A stretch of DNA of 32,000 nt from Delftia acidovorans NBRC 14950 (GTDB lineage Bacteria > Pseudomonadota > Gammaproteobacteria > Burkholderiales > Burkholderiaceae_C): contig NZ_BCZP01000014.1 of assembly GCF_001598795.1 (NCBI RefSeq), positions 60,001 through 92,000 on the forward strand, given 5' to 3'. The number at the start of each line of letters is the position of its first letter. Position 1 is the stretch's first letter. The notes below the pieces were generated by a model. It made no database searches and had not been told where the DNA came from. It was given only the letters and a program-made list of their open reading frames with translations. A program made the position numbers and the translations under genes. Positions 10,901 through 17,655 of this stretch are shown here, one piece after another.

Positions 10901-13900
10901 TCAATGGCGGCACCATCACCGTACGGCCCGGCATTGATCCCGCCACGGGCCTGCCCCTGGTCGTGGAAGCCCGCAACCGCGAGGTCAAGCCCGGCGAGGT
11001 GGCCAAGGGCCCCGACGGACAGGCCGTCAAGGGCGACGTCAAGACCGGCGATGCCGGCAAGGCCGACGCGCCCAGGGAATTCAAGGTCCTGGGCGGCGAC
11101 CCCGGCAGCATCGGCGCCGGCGACACCAAGGGCCAGGGCAGCGACATCAAGGGCCCGGGCGACGAAGGCCTGCCGCCCCGGACCTCCAGGCCGCTGGACC
11201 TCTCGCGCCCTGAACTGGCCACGCCCGAAGGCGGCGTGGCCGCCCTGCTGGGCGGCGGCAAGAGCGTGGCCTGGCCCGACTGGAAGCAGATGCAGATCGT
11301 GCCCGGCGGCATCAGCGCCAACGACCTGGAACTCAACCTCAACGGCCAGTTCATCAACCGGGGCCAGCTCGAAGTCACCAACAACCTGGCCATACGCGCC
11401 GCCGAAGGCATAGACAACTTCGGCGCCAGCATTCGCGCGGGCGGCTACACCAGCCTCAGCGGCGGCAGCCTCGACAACCGGGACGGCAAGATAGAGACCG
11501 GCACCCTGCTGACCTCCCTCAAGGGCGACATCGACAACAGCCGCGGCAGCATCGTCGCGCATGACGGCGGCTATCTGCAGGCCAGCGGCAATATCGCCGC
11601 CACCGATGGCCGCTTCGTCAGCGACGCGGGCAAGATCGTGCTGGACGCGGGCGGCAACATCGACCTGGTCGCCAGCAAGGTCGAGGGCAAGAAGGGCGCG
11701 GGCCTGTATGCCGACGGCGACATCCGCCTGGGCGCCACCGCCAAGGCCGAAAGCACGCACAAGAAAGAGGACCAGATCCTCGTCACCCAGCACTACGACG
11801 CGGACAACAACCTCACCAACCCAGAGATCCGCATCAAGATCGGCGAAACCCAGCGGCGCACCGACACCCTGACCCACACCGGCACCACCATCGACGGTGG
11901 CGAAGGCGGCGTCACGCTGCGGGCCAAGGGCGACGTGGTGGCCCTGGGCTCGCACATCAAGGCCGGTGAGGACGTTCTGGTGCAAGGCGCCAGCGTGCGC
12001 GTCGAAGCCCTGGTGGACAAGTCCAGCAGCCTGGAGGAAGAGCACCGCAAGAACTACGACCATGCGCTGTTCCAGCGCAGCGAATCCCTGTCGGGCGGAG
12101 AAATCGAGGCAGGCCGCAACCTGAGCATCGTGGCGAACGGCAAGGCCGACGCAGGCAAGGGCGACATCACCCTCAAGGGCGCCACCGTCACCGCCAAGGG
12201 CGACGCCAGCCTCATCGCCAGCCGCGACGTCAACCTGCAGGACATGCAGACCGAGCACGGCCGCTTCGAGGAAACCTACAGCAAGAAAAGCGGCTTCCTG
12301 AGCAAGAAGAGCACGCACACCGTGGAGGAAGGCGCCAGCAGCCTCAGCGAAGGCAGCGTGCTCAGCGCCAACAACATCTACCTGCAGGCCGGGCGCGACA
12401 TCAGTGTGACCGGCTCGCACGTGGTGGGCCAGGGCGACGTGGGCCTGGTGGCCGGGCGCGACGTGCAACTGCTGGCGGGCCAGGACAGCGCCGCCGCCAC
12501 CAGCCACAGCCAGACCAAGAAATCGGGCCTGTTCAGCGGCGGCGGCTTCGGCATCACGCTGGGTTCCAAGTCCGTCACCATCGACCGCAGCAACGAAAGC
12601 GTGCGCGCGGCAGGCTCCAGCGTGCAGGCGCAGGGCGGCAACGCCTCCATCGTGGCCGGCAACCAGTACCGCCAGACGGGCTCGGCCGTGCTGGCTCAGG
12701 GCGATGTGAACATCGTCGGCAAGAGCGTTGAGATCAACGAGGCGCGCGAGCTCGAGCGCGACAAGTTCGAGATGCGGGCCAAACAGAGCGGGCTGAGCGT
12801 CAGCATCAGCAACCCCGTGGTCAATGTCGTGCAAGGCGGCGAGACGGTCGCCCGCATTGCCGGGGCGACCGGCAAGACCAGCGATGCTCGCATGCAGGCC
12901 CTGGGTGCGGCCGCTGCCGGCATGGCGGCCTATGAAACCTATGGCAAGGCCAGCCAGCTCATCGCAGACCCCAGCAGTGCCACCAGCGTAGGCATCAGCC
13001 TCAGCCTGGGCAAAAGCTCCAGCCGCAGCACCAGCGAATACCAGGTCAACAGCGCCGTAGGCTCCCTGGTCAAGGCCGACGGCAACGTCAGCATCACGGC
13101 CACCCAGGGTGACGTCCACGTGCGCGGCAGCAGCGTGGAAGCCGGCAAGGACGTACGCCTGGCTGCGGACAAGGGCAACATCGTCCTGGAAGCGGCAGAA
13201 AACCGCTTTGCCGAGCAAAACAGCCAAAGCAGCAGCTCGGCCAGCGTGGGCGTGGCCTTCACCCTGGGCAGCAAGAACGGCTTCAGCGTCAATGTGGGGC
13301 TCAGCCAGGGCAAGGGCAGTGGCAGCGGTGAAAGCCTCAGCCACACCAACACCCACATCAAGGCAGGCGGCACGGCCAGCGTGCAAAGCGGCGGCGACAC
13401 CACGCTCAAGGGCGCCACCATCGTGGCCGACACGGTAAAGGCCGACATAGGCGGCAACCTCGCCATCGAAAGCCTGCAGGACAAGAGCACCTACAACGAG
13501 AAAAGCAGCAGCGCAGGCCTCAACGTCAGCCTGTGCGTGCCTCCCCTGTGCTACGGCCCCTCCAGCGTGGGCGGCAGCGCCGGGCGCACGCGCATCGACA
13601 GCGACTACCAGAGCGTGGTCGAGCAAAGCGGCATCCGCGCTGGCGACGGTGGCTTTGACGTCAAGGTCAAGGGCGACACCACGCTCAAGGGCGGCGCCAT
13701 CACCAGCACCCAGGTGGCGATGGACGACGGCAAGAACCGCTTTGAAACCGGCGGCAAGCTGACCACCAGCGACATTGAAAACCATGCGGAATATGACGCC
13801 AGCGGCTGGAGCGCAGGCGGCAGCGTGGGCTTCCAGGCAGGTGACCAGAGCACAGCCAAGACGGAAGAACAAAAAAAGGCCGCACTCAACACAGGCAAGG

Positions 13901-15381
13901 GCCTGACGGGCGGCAGTGCCGGCGTGGGTAGCGACAGCGGCAATGCCAGCAGCACCACCAAGGCCGGCATCAGCGGCGTGGCGGGTGACAGCGGCGCGCG
14001 CACGGGGGACAAGGAGACAGGCCTCAAGCCCATCTTCGACAAGGACAAGGTGCGCGAGAACGTCAATGCGCAGATCGAGATCACGCGGGAGTTTGGTTCA
14101 CGTGCGAGCAAGGCGGTGGGGGACTTTGCCGACAGCAAGCTCAAGGAGGCGATGGCCAACGGTGATGAGGCGGAAATCGAGAAATGGAAAGAAGGTGGGG
14201 CTGGCCGAGTCGCGCTGCACGCATTGGTTGGTGCGGCGGGCGGGGGATTGGCAGGAGCTGCCGGCGCGGGCCTGAGCCAGGTGGCTGTCGCGCATCTGGA
14301 CGAAACCTTGAAGGAGTTGGGCGTTGACGAAGGTGCGCGAAACACCCTGGTCGCCGTGGCTGGAACGGCCGTGGGGGCCGTGGCCGGTGGAGCAGCAGGG
14401 GCAGCGGCTTCGACCAATGCCACGCTGAACAACTTCCTCAACCACAAGGAGCTCACGGAACGGGCTAAGAGTGAGAGCGCCTGCCAGAAGGGCGACAAGG
14501 CGGCGTGCGGCGAGGTAAGCAAGCTGGACGCGCGTTCTGCTAAACGCAATGAAGATATCCGTAAAGGTTTGGCTCCAGCGACGGTGGATCAGAACCTGGA
14601 GATTCAAGAAGACCTTGGCACAGTGGTGACAGAGCTTGCCAAGTACAAGGATCAGCTATACCAGCAATTGGGGGCCACTGCAGATCCTCAGCGCAGAGCT
14701 GACCTGATGGGGCAGATCAACGCAGCAGACAACAATATCAAACAGTTGACTGTGCTGGGTCAGGATAATTTGCTGTACTTGTATGGTAAGACCAATGATG
14801 AGCAGTATTGGAGTGCCTATAAGCAATTGCAGGCGGCATCTAGTGGCAATGATGTGGCGGATGTGATAATGACCGGGGCTGCTTTTATTGGAAAGAATAG
14901 AAGGCCCGTTGCAAAAAATGGTGCGGAGAAATATGAGGATTTATCATCTTCGACAGACGGGCCTAAAGTAGAAGTGAAAGGCTCTGGGGAGACGAAAATA
15001 GCGCCTCCTGAAAATTCCTATGCTGTATATCCTCGAGGCCCTGGAGCTTCTGAGGGGCCAGTTCCTAAAGACTATGTAACGGTATCTCGATGGGTTTCAA
15101 AAGAAGAGGCAGCTCTTTGGATGCAAAACCAAGGCACAGCCATTCCTGCAAATGTCCCTAGAAACGGGACGCCTCAGGTGTATGTTACAGAGGGAGGCGC
15201 ACCATATCCTCCTGGTGCTAAAGGGGAAATCCGTATTGATTTTGCCGTGCCAAATGCGATGCTGCGTAAAGGGAATTCATCGAACAATTTTCAAATTCTT
15301 CAGCCTTCGTCAAGTACGCCTATTTATAATGTAAAGATCCATGTTCCTAATGGAATGGAAATTCCGACACTTAGAAAGTGA
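4906..15381 (+). CDS. cdiA: CdiA-type giant TpsA exoprotein / contact-dependent inhibition toxin (3491 aa from ATG 4906).
   Basis: The TPS domain carries both canonical motifs (..[23 protein letters not shown].. and ..[31 protein letters not shown]). More than 1500 aa of ~20-residue FHA-type repeats follow. An FHA-2-like part is present ([29 protein letters not shown]). A Gly/Ala-rich pretoxin region ends in [16 protein letters not shown]. The C-terminus is variable and lower in GC. The start is ambiguous: in-frame ATG 4924 has AGGGAG 6 nt upstream and may be the real start. Confidence 0.92.
   Translation: [3491 protein letters not shown]
14425..15378 (+). other. CdiA pretoxin boundary (LNN at 14425-14433, equivalent to VENN) plus the CdiA-CT toxin region (aa 3177-3491).
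   Basis: The motif ...[21 protein letters not shown]... matches the layout of PT-VENN domains (Gly/Ala-rich, then xxNNxLxxxE). Codon usage visibly shifts from about 14540 onward. Hand count of 14761-14820 gives 24/60 G+C, against 47/60 for 8401-8460 in the repeat region. Confidence 0.75.
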
Positions 15382-15671
15382 TGCAAGAAATGAAGGTCTC
15401 TAAAGATTTTGGTATCATCTTAAGAAAAGATGCCATTGCACTTAATTCTATAGATATTGATTTAATACTGAAGGAATTTAATTTTGAAAAATTATTTGAT
15501 GAAGATGAGTTTTTAATATCTCTTGGCCCTTTCTTCGGTTCGGAGAATTCCGAAGAATGCATAGTGTTTTTGAAAGAATTAGGTCTTTCATATATTGATG
15601 ATTTCTTTGTTTTGGAAGGGTATTTCCCCGATTGGTGTGATGTCTTTGTGAAGAAATCTGAGAATTTCTGA
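15381..15671 (+). CDS. cdiI: Candidate cognate immunity protein (CdiI), 96 aa, acidic.
   Basis: The ATG at 15381 shares its A with the cdiA TGA stop (TGATG). The track ORF starts 3 nt earlier, at GTG 15378. It is a small AT-rich ORF immediately after a polymorphic toxin C-terminus: MQEMKVSKDFGIILRKDAIALNSIDIDLILKEFNFEKLFDEDEFLISLGPFF...GYFPDWCDVFVKKSENF. I recognise no family; the call rests on position. Confidence 0.6.
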   Translation: MQEMKVSKDFGIILRKDAIALNSIDIDLILKEFNFEKLFDEDEFLISLGPFFGSENSEECIVFLKELGLSYIDDFFVLEGYFPDWCDVFVKKSENF

Positions 15672-15684
15672 TTAACAAGGTCCG

Positions 15685-15817
15685 ATGCCACAGCACAGCA
15701 CAGCACAGCACAGCACAGCACAGCACAGCACAGCACAGCACAGCACAGCACAGCACAGCACAGCACAGCACAGCACAGCACAGCACAGCCTGGGGACGCC
15801 ACATTGCATCTTCGCTC
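15685..15817 (+). pseudogene. 5' fragment of a lipoprotein-gene paralog, interrupted by the microsatellite.
   Basis: ATGCCACAG (15685-15693) and CACAGCC....GACGCCACATTGCATCT.CGCTC (15784-15817) match 16359-16396 of the intact lipoprotein gene (ATGCCACAGCCCAAAGACGCCACATTGCATCTCCGCTC). The match includes a 17-nt perfect run. Confidence 0.5.
15689..15788. repeat. Perfect pentanucleotide microsatellite (CACAG)x20.
   Basis: Counted directly: 100 nt, 20 uninterrupted CACAG units, from 15689 to 15788. It produces the artefactual CAVLC-repeat ORFs on the minus strand. Confidence 0.98.
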
Positions 15818-15853
15818 GCATTAAATGGTTATAGAATTTCTATTTGGTGAATT

Positions 15854-16243
15854 ATGAAGCTATGTATTAAATTTGAGAAAAATGGTTGGTTTGAGTATTT
15901 TATTAAAAATAAAAATATTCCTTGCATTTGTAAAATAAAAGGCAATGATTTTTCTGTGGAATTTTTTTCTCCATTGCCTGAGGCAGTAGGTACTGTGAAA
16001 GATTTCTCTAAAGAGGAAATAAATCTTAGAGCTCCATCATATGGAGGTGGGGTACATACACATAATTCTTTTGCGGAGATTAGTTTGATAGAGGTATCGC
16101 AAGATATTTATGAAATATCTGATCTTAGATTTTTTTATCAAACATCTGGATGGCACCAAATATTGGAGAATTTTTCTTTGGTGGAGGTTGTTGATGAGGA
16201 TTTGCCAGATTGGGTCAAAGATTTGGATAAAGGCAAGATTTGA
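15854..16243 (+). CDS. Small AT-rich hypothetical protein, paralog A (129 aa); orphan immunity-like.
   Basis: A clear paralog of 16997..17398. Shared blocks: I.FE.N.F.E..IKNK.IPC.C..KG..F.VEF..PL, GG..TH..F.EISL, DL.FF...GW..I.EN, PDW...LDK. It is preceded by a ~10-codon AT-rich coding remnant ending in TGA 3 nt before the ATG. Confidence 0.7.
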   Translation: MKLCIKFEKNGWFEYFIKNKNIPCICKIKGNDFSVEFFSPLPEAVGTVKDFSKEEINLRAPSYGGGVHTHNSFAEISLIEVSQDIYEISDLRFFYQTSGWHQILENFSLVEVVDEDLPDWVKDLDKGKI

Positions 16244-16277
16244 TTTAATTTGCTTTGAGTAAATTCGAATTAATCTC

Positions 16278-16808
16278 ATGAAAGACGAACGTTCTTTTTT
16301 GATCCTATGTCTTTCCGTTGCGCTGGCCGGTTGCGCCATCGAACCTCGCCGCAACTACATGCCACAGCCCAAAGACGCCACATTGCATCTCCGCTCCACA
16401 GGCATGCCCATGTCGGCAGGTTTTTCCATCAGCTCCGCCAGCACGGCGTGCGAAGGCTTTGAATTCGCAGGATCTGTTCGCGATGGAGGCGAGAGCGTGC
16501 TGCTGCCCTGGATTGCAGCGTTGAGCAACAAGCTCAGCGGCGTTCCAACTGTGCGAGAGGCTGCGGTGCCCGCAGATGCGCCAGTGCAGGTCAAAGGCTT
16601 TTCCTCCTGGCAAGACCAGTACAGCAGAGGTTCCTGTGGGCCGGTAACCAAGCGGTTCACTCCCACTGCTGATGGCGTCTACCGTGTGGATTTTGTCTGG
16701 GCTGGCGTGCGCAAGTGCGGGTTGCGTATTGTGGATATCAGCAGGCCTGATGAGCCAAGGGAAGTACCTGGCACGCCGCTGATCTGTCCTCGTCCGCCGG
16801 GGCTGTAG
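16278..16808 (+). CDS. Putative lipoprotein (176 aa), unknown function.
   Basis: Signal peptide plus lipobox: MKDERSFLILCLSVALAGC. From ~16317 onward the gene is much more GC-rich than the AT-rich modules on either side. Partial copies lie at 15685-15817 and possibly 18525-18632. Confidence 0.75.
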   Translation: MKDERSFLILCLSVALAGCAIEPRRNYMPQPKDATLHLRSTGMPMSAGFSISSASTACEGFEFAGSVRDGGESVLLPWIAALSNKLSGVPTVREAAVPADAPVQVKGFSSWQDQYSRGSCGPVTKRFTPTADGVYRVDFVWAGVRKCGLRIVDISRPDEPREVPGTPLICPRPPGL

Positions 16809-16996
16809 TTCATACGGTGTTCATAAGCCTTCTTCATTCCATTGTTGTAAATGGTGTGACTACTAAAGGTGCCAGGCAAAAGGTGGTGGAAATACTGGAT
16901 CAGTTGTCTTCTGGATGGCAATATTTTAGCCAGATTTGTAGCTCTAATAAAATATTGTCTGGTGATTTTATTGCTGCTAGAAAAGAGTGGAGTTAA
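16809..16996 (+). pseudogene. 5'-truncated coding remnant (about 62 codons) abutting paralog B; possible orphan toxin C-terminal tail.
   Basis: Hand translation of the frame ending at TAA 16994-16996 gives VHTVFISLLHSIVVNGVTTKGARQKVVEILDQLSSGWQYFSQICSSNKILSGDFIAARKEWS*. There is no ATG. The AT-rich sequence begins exactly after the lipoprotein stop. The TAA is directly followed by ATG 16997. Confidence 0.35.
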
Positions 16997-17398
16997 ATGA
17001 TTTTAAATATTGAATTTGAGGAAAATTTCTTCATGGAAAGTATTATTAAGAATAAATTTATTCCATGTGTTTGTAGGGTGAAAGGGCTTAATTTTACCGT
17101 GGAATTCTCCCGGCCGTTGAAAATGATGGCTACAGGATATATCCCGAATTTTAATCTGCAAGATATATGCGATAGATATTCTGCGGCTGCAGGTGGAGAG
17201 TATACTCACTATTGTTTTGGTGAGATTAGTTTGAATTATTTATCTGATAGTTCATTTGAGGTAATTGATCTGAAATTCTTCGATGAAATCTATGGCTGGA
17301 TAGATATTATTGAGAATTCGGTGTTGGCTGAGAAATTTAAAGAAGAGGATAGATATTATCCTGATTGGGCTAGAGAGCTGGACAAAGATAGGAAATGA
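16997..17398 (+). CDS. Small AT-rich hypothetical protein, paralog B (133 aa); orphan immunity-like.
   Basis: Paralog of 15854..16243 (roughly half of the first 41 aligned residues are identical by eye). GGAG sits 4 nt upstream of the ATG, and the start abuts the stop of the upstream remnant. Confidence 0.7.
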   Translation: MILNIEFEENFFMESIIKNKFIPCVCRVKGLNFTVEFSRPLKMMATGYIPNFNLQDICDRYSAAAGGEYTHYCFGEISLNYLSDSSFEVIDLKFFDEIYGWIDIIENSVLAEKFKEEDRYYPDWARELDKDRK

Positions 17399-17655
17399 TT
17401 ATTGTGTAAATATTTTGGATCGCAGTAAATACTAAAGAATTTTTTTGATGAAAATTCTCCAGTATTTAATGCAGATCTAGATAAATATTGGATTTGGTGT
17501 GTCAAAGACGTCCAGACCACTTGGCGGTGCGGAGCGATATTTTCCAGTACCAGGGCCATCGTTTGCTAACAGAAGTCATTCTTGGCGGAAGTGGTCGTTA
17601 ATCTGGTAATTGCTGTGTAATAATTTGGATTAAATGATAAATTAATGGAGGGTTT

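Noticed and set aside
2971-13872. A 3633-aa stop-free ORF on the minus strand, spanning cdiB and most of cdiA.
   Set aside because: It is codon-aligned antisense to cdiB and cdiA; both start at positions congruent to 1 mod 3. With near-universal G/C at sense third positions, the antisense codons start with G/C and cannot be stops. The product is Ala/Gly/Arg/Asp low-complexity sequence with no motifs. This is a GC3 artefact.
15689-15788. A possible CRISPR array or tandem protein repeat.
   Set aside because: The unit is only 5 nt, with no spacers. It is a simple sequence repeat.
15371-15804. Minus-strand ORFs with CAVLCCAVLC... repeats.
   Set aside because: They are pure translations of the (CACAG)n microsatellite and overlap cdiI in antisense. 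They are not genes.
16860-17000. An alternative 43-codon frame ending in TGA that overlaps ATG 16997 (ATGA overlap), reading ..VPGKRWWKYWISCLLDGNILARFVALIKYCLVILLLLEKSGVK.
   Set aside because: It is shorter and more hydrophobic/low-complexity than the other frame, which ends in TAA at 16994-16996 and reads like a globular tail. It was kept only as a less likely alternative.
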